Shown in pieces: positions 45,328 through 55,920 of a DNA stretch of 64,000 bases (the stretch's first letter is position 1; each line of letters opens with the position of its first letter). The notes below the pieces were generated by a model. That model ran no database searches. It worked only from the letters and a program-made list of their open reading frames with translations, and was not told the origin of the DNA. The DNA lies in NCBI GenBank assembly GCA_963847185.1, contig CAWJYV010000010.1:512001-576000 (forward strand), in the 5' to 3' direction. This DNA comes from an uncultured Methanosarcinaceae archaeon (lineage in GTDB: Archaea; Halobacteriota; Methanosarcinia; Methanosarcinales; Methanosarcinaceae). The translations under genes and the position numbers were made by a program.

Positions 45328-46698
45328 ATGGAAACATATACCAGCATTCCAGAAGACCTGAAGCTTGCCGTACTTGAAAAGATTAAACCCACGGAAGCCG
45401 AAAGAAAAAAACTCACTGGAAGTTCAGGAAGAACTTGCTGCGGAGGTAAAAGCGGCAGCAGAAAAACTTGGTGTATCAGGATATTTTTGTAAAAATGGTA
45501 GGTTCTGCTGCAAGAGGCACCTGGCTTTCAGGCACCCATGACATTGATGTTTTTATCAGCTTTCCTGAGGAAACACCCAGAAAGGATCTGGAAATCAGTG
45601 GCATGGCAATTGCCAGGGAAGTGGCAAAACATGCTGAATATGCCGAAGACCGCCATGCTGAGCACCCATACCTGAATATTGTATTCAAAGGCTTTGACGT
45701 GGACCTTGTCCCCTGTTTCAGGGTTGCTTCGGCCTGCCAGCATCAAATCCGCAGTTGACAGGACGCCTTTTCACAATGAATTTGTAAAAGCCCACATAAA
45801 AGGGCGGGAAGACGAGGTCCTGCTTCTGAAGCAGTTCATGCGCGGAGGCGGAGTCTACGGCTCGGAATTGAAAACCCAGGGCTTTTCAGGCTACCTGACA
45901 GAACTCCTGATCATTCACTACGGCTCTTTTGAAAAAGCCGTAAAAGCAGCCTGTTCCTGGAAACCCGGACAGAAAATAGACATTATGCAGCACTCGAGAA
46001 ATGAAACACGAACGAACCTCTTGTCATGGTAGACCCGACCGACCCCAGGCGGAATGTTGCAGCAGCCCTCTCTCTTGACAAATTCTGCATGTTTATAGAC
46101 TCCTGCCGGGAGTTTCTGAAAAACCCGGAAATCAAATTCTTTTTCCCTGCCTCGTCCCCTGCCTATTGAAGACAAAGAAATTCTTGAGAGAGCCTGGAAA
46201 GCCGAAAAAGCTCACAACTTGCAGTTGTCTTCAAAACCCCTGACGTTGTCGACGACGTGCTATATCCGCAGCTCTATAAAATGGAACAGGCAACAGCTGC
46301 CCTCTTGAGAGAATACGATTTTTCAGTAATCAAAACCGGGGTCTGGTCAGGAAAACCCGAAACCGTAATCATGCTCGAACTTATCTCAGGCACCCTCCCA
46401 AATGTCAAAAAACACATAGGTCCTCCGGTCTGGGTCAAAGACCACGCCGAAAAATTCAAGGAAAAATATGAAGGCGCAGAAAATGTTTTCAGCGGCTATA
46501 TCGAAAACGGGAAGTATGTCTTTGAAATCCAGCGCAAATATCCCACAGCAAAAGGGCTTCTTGAAAACCAGCTTATCAATGCTCACTCGGAAAACAGGTC
46601 GTCAGAGTTTGAATGAGGGCTTTGAGATTATAGAAAATGCTGAGATTTGCAGGCTAAAAGATCCTGATTTCAGGGTTTTCTTGAGGAAATGGCTTTAA
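45328..46698 (+). CDS. cca: CCA-adding enzyme (class I), broken by several apparent frameshifts
   Basis: [66 protein letters not shown] spread over successive frames. Confidence 0.9.
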
Positions 46699-46752
46699 GA
46701 GTTTGTTATGAGCTTTTATCAAAAAAGTTTAAAAGTAATGATAAAATCGAAT

Positions 46753-47601
46753 TTAATACAGTGAAACAAACCCTTCAACCCTTTTCTGATAAAACAGGTA
46801 TTGCTGGGCATATCCGCAGTAATGGCCGAAATACTCCCGTCCCCAGTCCCCCATTCTGCTCAGGTTCGTGCAGTTTTCAAAGAAGTTGTCGTCGATGTGG
46901 TAGTGCTGGATGATTTGCCTGATGTGGGTATCGACCGGGAAGGCTTCCATTTTCTCGAAGGCGAAGAGGAGAACGCAGTCTGCAACTTTTTCCCCTATAC
47001 CGCAGAGCCTCATGAGGCGTTCTCTGGCGTACCTGTACTCCAGGCGGTAGAGGACGGAAAGGTCAAGTTCGCCTGAAGCTACTTCTCTTGCTGCTTGTCT
47101 TATGCGCTCGGTCCGAAAGCCGAGCTTGCATTTGTCAAGCACGGAGATGTCGGCATTTGCAAGGGTTTCTGGGTCAGGAAAACTGAAATAGCCTTCTTCG
47201 AGTTCCTGCCCTAAAAACTGGCTGAGAAGATAGATCCTTTTCTGGATTGTGGGGATGCTTGAGGCCGTTGCGAGCATATAAGAAATCAGGCATTCCCAGG
47301 GATCCTGTCTGATCAGGCGCAGGCCTCTGTATTTGTTGATCGCCCTGTTTATCAAGAGGTCTCTGTTTATGCTCTCATAAATCAGAGGAAGGTTGTCGTC
47401 CAGCCGGAAATAACGAGAGAATGACTCGGGAGGGAGTTTGGAATCGACAAGCAGTTCTCCTCTGTCTTTCTCCTGCGAAAGCCGGATAACCTGGTCTCCG
47501 ACAACACCTGTCCAGCAATCACCGTCTTTTCTCCAGCGAAAGACCTGCCCGCAGTCAAGCGTGTAGTCAAGGTTAAAAATTGCGGGCTTAAGCCTGTACA
47601 T
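46753..47601 (-). CDS. 8-oxoguanine DNA glycosylase / HhH-GPD glycosylase
   Basis: TLDCGQVFRW, QDPWECLISY, GIGEKVADC, FPVDTH, GYAQQYLF. Confidence 0.9.
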   Translation of the reverse strand: MYRLKPAIFNLDYTLDCGQVFRWRKDGDCWTGVVGDQVIRLSQEKDRGELLVDSKLPPESFSRYFRLDDNLPLIYESINRDLLINRAINKYRGLRLIRQDPWECLISYMLATASSIPTIQKRIYLLSQFLGQELEEGYFSFPDPETLANADISVLDKCKLGFRTERIRQAAREVASGELDLSVLYRLEYRYARERLMRLCGIGEKVADCVLLFAFEKMEAFPVDTHIRQIIQHYHIDDNFFENCTNLSRMGDWGREYFGHYCGYAQQYLFYQKRVEGFVSLY

Positions 47602-49075
47602 CCAGCTCCAGCTCCCTTAGAAAAGTTCCTGCAGTTAAGGTATCTCCAAGCCCGACCGTGGTTAGAGGGGATTTAGAAAGCAGAGTAGGGAGCATGCAGA
47701 GAATGTATCCTTCCCTGAAAGCATATGCTCCATTCCCTAAAATTTTTCCGTTAAAGGCTTTCAAGAAAAGCTCAAGTTGCTTTCTTCCGAATGCGCTTTC
47801 CTGAAGTTTCAAGGCTTTCTCTTCTGCAAACTTCCTATCCTCAAGCCTGCCTGATGCTGCATATGTTCCTGCACAGCTGACTCCAAACCTCAGAGCTTCG
47901 AGTTTTTTCCCGGCAATCTTTTGCAGAGCTGAATCGTCGAAATTTGAGTCCATTTCAATGTTCGAGTTGTTTTCAATATTCGAATCTTTCTCAATATTCA
48001 GGTTCGTTTTAAAGTTTGAATCCGTTTTGTAATCCTGTCCGGAATTCTGTTCTGAATCCGGTTTCTGTCCGGAATCCTGTTTAAATGCTGTTAACACAAA
48101 TTCTCTTGTATGAATAAGCAACTTCTTGAGCCCATACCTTGAAGACAGTTTGCACGCCGCATTTCCCACGGCTTCTGCCTCCATACGCAGAAGGCCTTCT
48201 GCAGGAATTCCGTGTAAATGATGAAGCATTGCCAGTTCATCTTCGTTCATACCCATGCTGCAGGAAATAGCTGCAAAATTCTGGAAGACCGAATTTGCAA
48301 TCTCTCTGCTAGCAAAGTGCCCGAATTCCAGATGAATCTGAAGTTTATTGTTCTCGGCTTTCCAGCGCCTGAGCTGGTTGAGAGTGTTTTCAAGAATTTG
48401 TTTATAATCACTGCCATCAGAATATCTCTCAAGCAAAAGGTGGAAGCCTGATATCAGTACGCCGTCAATCTCGCAGATGTGCCGGTGTGCATATTCTTCA
48501 AATGCAGGATTAACAAAAAGCTTGAAATTCAAATGATCGCAGGTTGCTATGAAGCGGTTTTCCCTGGGAATCCTTACTTCTGTTCCGTACAGAGAAAAAG
48601 TATCTCCATCGGAAAAATCAAATACGAAATGTATGGGGTCCTGGTTGCCGGAAGCAATATCCTTAACTATGTGAGAATCCGGGAAGTAAATCGCTTTTTT
48701 TGAGAATAGAGAGAGTTGAGTTTTTGAGGGAACTGCGATATTAGGAATTACACAGGAAGCTCCAAGCTGAGAAAGGGCGTTTGCCATTATCCCGGCGTTT
48801 CCTCCCATTCTAACAAGAGATTTCTCAAAGTAGCGGCTTTTAAGGAACTCGAAAACAGATTGCTCAAAAACAAGCCATTCGGCTCCGCATCCGTTTTTCA
48901 TGCAATAGACAAGTCCTGCCACAAAGTCTGATTCGGAATGTATTTTTCCAGGGGGATTTTCTACTTTTTCGAGAATCTCAGCCCTGTCAAAAGATTCCAG
49001 CAGTTCTGAAACCTCGGCTCCGCTGATTCTGTATACAGAGTCTATGTTGACATTATATCCGCAAAGTATTTTCAT
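47588..49075 (-). CDS. ADP-dependent glucokinase/phosphofructokinase family protein
   Basis: GYNVNID, RMGGNAGIMAN, MNEDE, TVGLGDT. Confidence 0.9.
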   Translation of the reverse strand: MKILCGYNVNIDSVYRISGAEVSELLESFDRAEILEKVENPPGKIHSESDFVAGLVYCMKNGCGAEWLVFEQSVFEFLKSRYFEKSLVRMGGNAGIMANALSQLGASCVIPNIAVPSKTQLSLFSKKAIYFPDSHIVKDIASGNQDPIHFVFDFSDGDTFSLYGTEVRIPRENRFIATCDHLNFKLFVNPAFEEYAHRHICEIDGVLISGFHLLLERYSDGSDYKQILENTLNQLRRWKAENNKLQIHLEFGHFASREIANSVFQNFAAISCSMGMNEDELAMLHHLHGIPAEGLLRMEAEAVGNAACKLSSRYGLKKLLIHTREFVLTAFKQDSGQKPDSEQNSGQDYKTDSNFKTNLNIEKDSNIENNSNIEMDSNFDDSALQKIAGKKLEALRFGVSCAGTYAASGRLEDRKFAEEKALKLQESAFGRKQLELFLKAFNGKILGNGAYAFREGYILCMLPTLLSKSPLTTVGLGDTLTAGTFLRELELDVQA

Positions 49076-49186
49076 CTAATCAGTTCCTTCATCTCACCAG
49101 TTAATTCGTCTCACCGTTTCCTTTTTGATCTCCACTGGATGGGTAGTTTCGGATTAAAAAATGAAAATTTATCTTTCCTGCCTGAT

Positions 49187-50662
49187 TCATTTCCCTGCCT
49201 GTTTCTGTTTCATTCTCGCAAGCATGGCAGCAAAAGCCCCTGCGGAGATCGCATCTCCTATTCCTACTGTTGCCTTTGGCTTATCAACAACTTTGGAAGG
49301 AACAATGACTGCATCATGGTCTGCTCCATAGAGATATCCGTATTCGAACTCATCAGATGTACAGATTCTTTTCCCTACGCAGTAAAGCTTGAAATTCTCC
49401 AGATCTTCAATTCCTTTGCCTGAAATCGGGATATCGAGTCCTGTTCCTACATCTCCAAGATTTTCGATATCTCCTTTAATGGCTTTGGCAGCTGCCAGGG
49501 TTGAGGAAAAGAGCAGGGAGTCCCTGTGTTCTTTGAGCGTAAGAGGATGGCCTTTTGCAAGGACACAGATGTAAAATCCAAGAGAATGCACATGGACTCT
49601 TTCTAGTGACAGGTCTTTTAAAAGCTGGACAGCTCCCTGGTAAAGCGATGTTATCCCGTTTTCCTCTTTCCTGATGACGGAATAAGAGAGTTCCTCATGC
49701 CCAAGCACATTCAGGGCATTTGCAACTTCTACTGTATCAAGGCCGAGAGAGTGAACGTGCCTGGCAACAATTTCTGTCAGGATAGCCTTTCTTATAACTC
49801 TGTTTTGAATAGAGGTAAGTTCCACATGGATTCGAAGCTCAGGATTTAAGGTCTTGAGTTTCTCAATTACTTTTACGGAGCGTTCAACATAGTCTTTATA
49901 TGTAGAGCCATCTTCGTATTCCTCTTTTATCATCTGGTACCCTGAAAGCATAGCCCCATCAATCGGGAAAATGGTGTCAAGCTGTTCATAGACTTCCCTG
50001 TCCATGTCCAGACGGATCCATTTAGGGCGCGAAGAAACAATAAGGCGATTGTCTCTTGGAACTTTGAAATTGCTTCCGTCGCAGGTTACTTCCAGATCTT
50101 TTGAGTATTCGAGAATCCAGTTGACCTTTGATTCGATTCCTGTCTTGAAGGCTTCTTGAGGATGTTTCAGAATGACTTTTCCGTCTTCTATTTTTGGATG
50201 AAAAAGATTGTCCGTAGCTACAAAGTATTCTGCCTGCTCTTCAGAAAGCCAGGGAATATATGCCACAACTTTTTTTAGCTCCAGAAGGGCAAGAAGATTC
50301 GAGATGATTCCTGCCTGGCCTCCCATACGCGCATAATCAAAACCCAGGTGCTCTTTCAACCACTCATGAGTATCCGAGTTATGAGCAGGGATTTCGGCAG
50401 CTTTTCCTTCGCGCATGGAAATAATCAGACGGGCCATTAAATCAATAGGGTCTTTAACTTCCCTGGGATATGTCTCAACTCTTTCCTGAATTTTGAATTC
50501 ATCGAAAAGCTCTATCAGTTTACACAGGTCTTCTTCGCTAAGATGCTTTATAGCGTCGATATTGCTATTATAAGCTACAAACATTCCGTCAAGGTAATGA
50601 AGGGCTTCTTTAACATTATGAAAAGCCTCTTTGTGACGCTGTTCCCATTCTTGTATGTCCAC
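49187..50662 (-). CDS. pfkC: ADP-specific phosphofructokinase / bifunctional PFK-GK
   Basis: AYNSNIDA, RMGGQAGI, DTVE, TVGIGDAIS; probable GTG start at 50662. Confidence 0.85.
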   Translation of the reverse strand: MDIQEWEQRHKEAFHNVKEALHYLDGMFVAYNSNIDAIKHLSEEDLCKLIELFDEFKIQERVETYPREVKDPIDLMARLIISMREGKAAEIPAHNSDTHEWLKEHLGFDYARMGGQAGIISNLLALLELKKVVAYIPWLSEEQAEYFVATDNLFHPKIEDGKVILKHPQEAFKTGIESKVNWILEYSKDLEVTCDGSNFKVPRDNRLIVSSRPKWIRLDMDREVYEQLDTIFPIDGAMLSGYQMIKEEYEDGSTYKDYVERSVKVIEKLKTLNPELRIHVELTSIQNRVIRKAILTEIVARHVHSLGLDTVEVANALNVLGHEELSYSVIRKEENGITSLYQGAVQLLKDLSLERVHVHSLGFYICVLAKGHPLTLKEHRDSLLFSSTLAAAKAIKGDIENLGDVGTGLDIPISGKGIEDLENFKLYCVGKRICTSDEFEYGYLYGADHDAVIVPSKVVDKPKATVGIGDAISAGAFAAMLARMKQKQAGK

Positions 50663-50948
50663 TGAATAAACCCCCTGGATGTGCAGGTCTTGGTATGCAG
50701 GTCTTAATAAAAAAATAATTCTCTGGATTTCCATTTTGCACTTATTTTATTTATCTTTGTGCCGTAATGAATCCGAAATTAAGCCAGAATTAATTTAAAG
50801 ACATAAATGAACACAATTTAAAGGCCAATAGGCAGTATAATTAACAGAGAATTAATAAGTGAGAATCTCAATTTAACTGTAAAGAGATTCTCAAATTGAA
50901 AAATTAAGTAGAGTAAGTAGGTTAAGTTGTGTACTCGATTATACTCGG

Positions 50949-52136
50949 TTAAGTTGTGTACTCGGCATTGATTCTGACATAATCATAAGTCAGGTCGCAA
51001 CCCCAGGCAGTTGCATGCTCATTTCCCATGTCAAGATCAAGAGTAATAATTATCTCATCATTTGCCATTATCTTTTTCAGAAGTGCAAGGTCAGAATTCC
51101 TGGAAATCTCGCCGGACTTCACAAGTTCGACTTTTTCTCCTCCTCCTGAAAAAGAAAGAGTGAGCCTTTCCTGTTCAAGTTCCGCCCCGGAGTATCCTGC
51201 AGCAGCTACAACTCTGCCCCAGTTAGGATCTTTTCCGAAGATTGCGGATTTAACCAGAGGGGAACGTACAATTGCTTTTGCAGCAAGCCTTGCATCATGA
51301 TATGTTTTTGCGCCCACTACCCTGGCTTCAATAAGCTTTGTGGCTCCTTCTCCATCTCTGGCCATCTTTTTTGCAAGCTCTGTGAATACGTAAATTAGCC
51401 CCTCCTCAAAATCATCCAGACATTCCATACAGGGCTTGATTCCTGATTTGCAGGTGGAGGTAAGAAGCACCATATCATTGGTACTCGTGTCTCCGTCCAC
51501 GACAATCATATTGAAAGTTTTATCCACTGCTATTCTGAGAGCAGCATCCAGAACATCTGCAGGCACTTTTGCATCAGTATATGCAAAACACAGCATTGTG
51601 CCCATATTAGGCTCAATCATGCCCGAACCTTTGGCAATTGCTCCTATTCTTATCCCGCAGTCAATTTCAACAGCTACTTCTTTTAAGGCTTTATCAGTAG
51701 TCATAATAGCCTTTGCAGCTGCCTGGCTGCATCCAGGGGAACTGCCCAGTCCTTCAAGGACTTCAGGAAGGTGTTCCCTGATCCAGGAGACGTCAAGCCT
51801 TCTGCCAATTACTCCTGTTGAGGCAACGGCAACATTGTCAGCATCAAGTTCAAGCTTTTCGGCAAGTATTGATGCCATTTCCATAGCATCCAGAAAGCCA
51901 TCATCACCTGTAAAAGCATTGGCATTGCCACTATTTGCAATTATAGCCGAGAGCCGATGTTGGGTTTCGATTACTTCTTTACTCAGAGTAACAGGGGCTG
52001 CAACCACTTTGTTCTTTGTAAAAACGCCTGCTGCAGGGCCTTCTGCCAGAATAACCGCAATTCCCATTTTCCCGGGTTTGATTCCGTTTGCAGATACGCC
52101 CCTTACTGCACAGATTCCACCTTCTATTTGCTTCAT
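50949..52136 (-). CDS. argJ: Ornithine acetyltransferase / N-acetylglutamate synthase
   Basis: NSGNANAFTG, STGVIG, KGSGMIEPNMGTML, DGDTSTND, INAEYTT. Confidence 0.97.
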   Translation of the reverse strand: MKQIEGGICAVRGVSANGIKPGKMGIAVILAEGPAAGVFTKNKVVAAPVTLSKEVIETQHRLSAIIANSGNANAFTGDDGFLDAMEMASILAEKLELDADNVAVASTGVIGRRLDVSWIREHLPEVLEGLGSSPGCSQAAAKAIMTTDKALKEVAVEIDCGIRIGAIAKGSGMIEPNMGTMLCFAYTDAKVPADVLDAALRIAVDKTFNMIVVDGDTSTNDMVLLTSTCKSGIKPCMECLDDFEEGLIYVFTELAKKMARDGEGATKLIEARVVGAKTYHDARLAAKAIVRSPLVKSAIFGKDPNWGRVVAAAGYSGAELEQERLTLSFSGGGEKVELVKSGEISRNSDLALLKKIMANDEIIITLDLDMGNEHATAWGCDLTYDYVRINAEYTT

Positions 52137-52155
52137 GAAAGGCTCTCCTCTTTCT

Positions 52156-52619
52156 TCAGAGTTTTGCAATACCATAGATGATATCGCCGCGAGTAATAAT
52201 TCCCACTACACGGTCGTCTTCAATCACAGGAAGCCTGTTTATCTTGTGCCTGATCATATGTTCGGAAGCTTCTTCTACTGATGCCTCAGAAGAGATCGTG
52301 TGGACCTCTCTGGTCATAATTTCTTCTATTTTGTAGAGCCAACATCAGAAAGCATCTTTTTCGTATCTTCCCAGCCGAGAAGCTCCCTTATAGGAACCTC
52401 TATAACCTCAAAGGGGCTTGGAAGCCAGAGGTCTCCTTTTTCAGGGACTATCAGCAGTTTCAACAGATCAGCTTCACTTATTATCCCTACAAGTTCTTCG
52501 CCGTCAAGGACAGGAGCTCCGCTTATGCTGTTTTCTTTCAGGACTTTTGCAGCTTCCCTAATTGTATTTTCAGGCTTGCAGAAAACAAGCTTAGGATTCA
52601 TGACATCTTTTACTTTCAT
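52156..52619 (-). CDS. CBS-domain pair protein (one A missing near 52330)
   Basis: MKVKDVM...ISGAPV...GIISEADLL, continuing in a shifted frame IEEIMTREV...INRLPV..VGIITRGDII. Confidence 0.85.
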
Positions 52620-52949
52620 TTTACTACCCCTTGAGATAAATTTTATTCTTTAATTTAATCTGTTCCCAGTTATATGTTCTCGCCTGCCTTTCAGCCTGCA
52701 AGCTTCTTTTCTTTATAATATCTAAATTCACTGAATAATATCGAAAGTCTCTGAATAAATCAAAGATATTTTAATATTATCGAAAAAAATAATTGTTCCT
52801 GGGGATGAGTTTTGAAAACCACAAGCGCAGGGTTTTTTTCATGTTCTTTCCCAAAAAAGGGGAATTGCCTATTTTTCAGATCAGTTAATGACTCATTCCC
52901 ATGATAAAGTAACGGCCTTAAGCCTGCATAATGGAATTTGCAGCTCATT

Positions 52950-53963
52950 TTACGGAGCTGCCGCAGGGAGCCAGAGTCCAAGCGTTTCATCGAGTCCGAA
53001 CATGAGATTCATGTTCTGGATCGCCTGGCCTGATGCGCCTTTGACCAGGTTATCTATTGCTGAGAGCACTACGACCCTGTTATTTTCCTTATCCACTTCA
53101 AAGCCTATGTCGCAGAAGTTAGTACCCCTGACAGCAGTGAGGGTAGGAACTCCTGAAGGGAACCGAATAAAAGGCCTTTCCCTGTAAAAGTCCTCATAAA
53201 TAGTCTTTAAGTCATCGCTAGAAACAGGCTCCTTTGTAAAGAGATGAGCAGTTGTAAAAATACCCCTGATGGAAGGAATCACATGAGGAGTGAAGTTAAC
53301 ATTTCTGAGTTTCTGGTCAAGCCTGTTTAATTCCTGGAAAATTTCAGCCCTGTGCCTGTGGGTTGTGAGTTTATAAGCAGTAATATTTTCAGCAAGGTTA
53401 GGGTAGTGTGAAGTTTGCGTGGGTGAAATGCCAGCTCCTGAAATCCCTGACTTTGAGTCAAAAACTGCAATGTCGATAAGTCCTGCTGCCGCAAGCGGAG
53501 CTGCTGCGAGGATCGCACCTGTGGGGAAACATCCGGGATTTGCTACAAAGTCCTCTTCTGCAGCTTCGGGATGAAGCTCTACAAGCCCGTAAACAGTTTT
53601 CCTGGGGTCTTTGTGCGTTGTCTCGTAAACTTCTTCAAATAAGGAGGTTTCAAGCCTGTAGTCAGCACTGAGGTCAATAACCTTTGTGTTGCCGTCAAGT
53701 AGCTCAGGGACATAGTCCATAGCAGTTCCATGGGGAACTGCCACAAAAACTACATCACAGCGATCCCTGATTTCTCCAGACTCCGGGTTTTCATACTTGA
53801 GGTCAAGAAAACCTTCAAGATGCCTGTGGGTACTTGTTACGGATTTCCCTGTCAAACTTCGGGAAGTTGCAAGCTCAATTTTAATATTAGGGTGGTTAAC
53901 GAGCAGGCGCAGGAGTTCTCCTCCCGTATATCCTGAAGCTCCTATTATTCCAGCTTTGATCAT
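52950..53963 (-). CDS. argC: N-acetyl-gamma-glutamyl-phosphate reductase
   Basis: IIGASGYTGGEL, DLSADYR, ANPGCFPT, DNLVKGASGQAIQN. Confidence 0.97.
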   Translation of the reverse strand: MIKAGIIGASGYTGGELLRLLVNHPNIKIELATSRSLTGKSVTSTHRHLEGFLDLKYENPESGEIRDRCDVVFVAVPHGTAMDYVPELLDGNTKVIDLSADYRLETSLFEEVYETTHKDPRKTVYGLVELHPEAAEEDFVANPGCFPTGAILAAAPLAAAGLIDIAVFDSKSGISGAGISPTQTSHYPNLAENITAYKLTTHRHRAEIFQELNRLDQKLRNVNFTPHVIPSIRGIFTTAHLFTKEPVSSDDLKTIYEDFYRERPFIRFPSGVPTLTAVRGTNFCDIGFEVDKENNRVVVLSAIDNLVKGASGQAIQNMNLMFGLDETLGLWLPAAAP

Positions 53964-54714
53964 AAATATCCACTGCCTGTGCAATATCAATACAATATAA
54001 TTAAACTTGTTATCCTATAAACTAATTGAAAAAATTTATTTATTCGTAATCCGATATTAAGGGCCTGGATTGTGATCCGGCTCAGAAAAGGTTCCAGACC
54101 CCTGGCCCTGTCTTTTTATTTTAAGTTGATGTTTTGTAAAAGATACGATAAGATCTGATTTTTGTAAGGAACTTGTTTTTTAATTGATCCTTCTTAGATA
54201 ACATGAAGATCTTAAATTCAAGTCCGATCCTTTACAGGTAGCTTGCTTTCTTAAACATGAGGAGGTTATTTCCCAGGTTTCTACGTACTAGTAAAGTATT
54301 ATTGCAGTTATTAAGTCCTATTGCAGTTATTAAGTCCTCAGAGTGCCAATTAATCATGAATATCTCCGTTTTATCTAAAGATATAATATTTTTTATAAAT
54401 TGGAAGTTATATAAAGTAATGTTTTTATAAATAATAGCTCAATAGTCTCACAGTTTTATAATTTAGTAACTAATAATGATAACTTGGTAATCTAGCTTTT
54501 TGTCCAGAGCCTCCACTTTAGTTAATAAGTCATAAATTTAATCTTGAGACAGTTAAATTTAAATTTTTAAATATATAAGTTTATTCCAACTGAAATACTC
54601 CGGCCTATTGTGCTGGAAAAACCATATTCACAGGTAAAGTATTTGAGCTTTAGAAGCCCTTTTACTGTAATAAAATTTATTAACTACCCCCATCGAAGTG
54701 ACAGGAAGAAAAAC

Positions 54715-55137
54715 ATGAGTAAAAAAAAGTTAATTTATCTTGCCGGCCCCCTTTTCACCCATGCAGAACTTGAATACAACTGTAAACTGAAGGATATACT
54801 GCTTAAAAAAAGTTTTTCTGTCTTTTTACCCCAGGAAAATGCAGAAGATTCCGCTTTTGAGCGCGAAAGACAGAATCAGGAATCTATTTTCAAGAAATGC
54901 GTTGAAGGCGTGGATGTTTCCGATATTGTAGTTGCTGTCCTTGACGGCGTAGATGTTGATTCAGGGACGGCCTGGGAGATCGGCTATGCTTACGCCAAAG
55001 GAAAACCTGTCATAGGACTCAGGACTGATTTCAGGTCCCTCTCAGATGGGATCGTTAATCTGATGGTTGAGATGGCTATAGTTGCCCTTGCCAGAGATGA
55101 AGAAGAATTGCTAGAAATAATTGATAAGTACAAATAA
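54715..55137 (+). CDS. Nucleoside 2-deoxyribosyltransferase family protein
   Basis: IYLAGPLF, FLPQ, DSGTAWEIGYAYAKGKP. Confidence 0.9.
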   Translation: MSKKKLIYLAGPLFTHAELEYNCKLKDILLKKSFSVFLPQENAEDSAFERERQNQESIFKKCVEGVDVSDIVVAVLDGVDVDSGTAWEIGYAYAKGKPVIGLRTDFRSLSDGIVNLMVEMAIVALARDEEELLEIIDKYK

Positions 55138-55441
55138 AATTCTGGGTTTTATTACACTCTTATATCCCTTTTTATCTTTTATAGATCATCTTTTGCGGAT
55201 ATAATTATAATTTCGTTTTTCAATAATATTTATTAAGTCTCCTTGATAACCGAGTTATAAAAATAACCTTTATATTTATAATGTTTTAAACTCCAGTTCT
55301 TTTATTCAGTGTATAATTATATCTTGAGTGAGATATGTTCAAAAATAGAATCAGTTACAGAAGGCATAATCTATAACGATTATTAAGTAAAAAAATTTTA
55401 ATATAGAATGCCCTACATAATAAATAGCGGAGGTTAAATCC

Positions 55442-55612
55442 ATGACCTTTGTGAACGGATACACTTTCAAAAAAGTGAAAACTTCACATGGGCCTGACAT
55501 GTACGTATCCAGATTTGGGAAGCTGGTAAAGGTCGTTCCATGCAGTGCACATGTAGAGTTATCTGAAAGGTATACCAGTGACTTGATCCACCAGATCGAG
55601 ACACTGGAGTAA
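55442..55612 (+). CDS. Small hypothetical protein (56 aa), below ORF-track cutoff
   Basis: GGAGGT RBS and upstream TATA-like tract; MTFVNGYTFKKVKTSHGPDMYVSRFGKLVKVVPCSAHVELSERYTSDLIHQIETLE*. Confidence 0.6.
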   Translation: MTFVNGYTFKKVKTSHGPDMYVSRFGKLVKVVPCSAHVELSERYTSDLIHQIETLE

Positions 55613-55920
55613 AATTTAAAACATTTTTCCGACTTTTATTTTTTGATTCGGACTCATTTTCATGAAAGCCCCTTTCCAGATCGAAGCCTATTCGGTCTGA
55701 CATTTTTTAAACTTTTTTCTTTCTATAAAAACCTTCCTCTTCTGTGAACTTTTTTTCTAAAGTTTTCATGATCCGGAATTCTCACACTTCATCATACCGT
55801 AATATTCGATATGGAGATATACTTTTAACTTTAAATCGGGTAAAAGAAACCTGGAAAAAAACTCTATAAAAAGAGATTCTTCAAAATAAAAGTCTTCTAA
55901 AAAAACGGGAGCTTTATACA

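Noticed and set aside
45328-46698. Programmed frameshifting or a naturally split cca
   Set aside because: Too many breaks, no shared slippery site, and the same pattern in unrelated genes; sequence error is simpler
47588-50662. Tandem ADP-dependent kinases as a novelty
   Set aside because: Two ADP-dependent sugar kinase paralogs are already described in Methanosarcinales
50949-52175. N-terminal extensions of argJ, argC, pfkC and the deoxyribosyltransferase in the ORF track
   Set aside because: Downstream starts match the family N-termini and RBS positions better
51436-52281. 281-aa plus-strand ORF and similar antisense ORFs over cca, pgk, the P-type ATPase and the permease
   Set aside because: Shadow frames of well-supported genes
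52326-52328. Pyrrolysine readthrough in the CBS gene
   Set aside because: TGA follows within four codons; one missing A in an A-run restores the second CBS repeat
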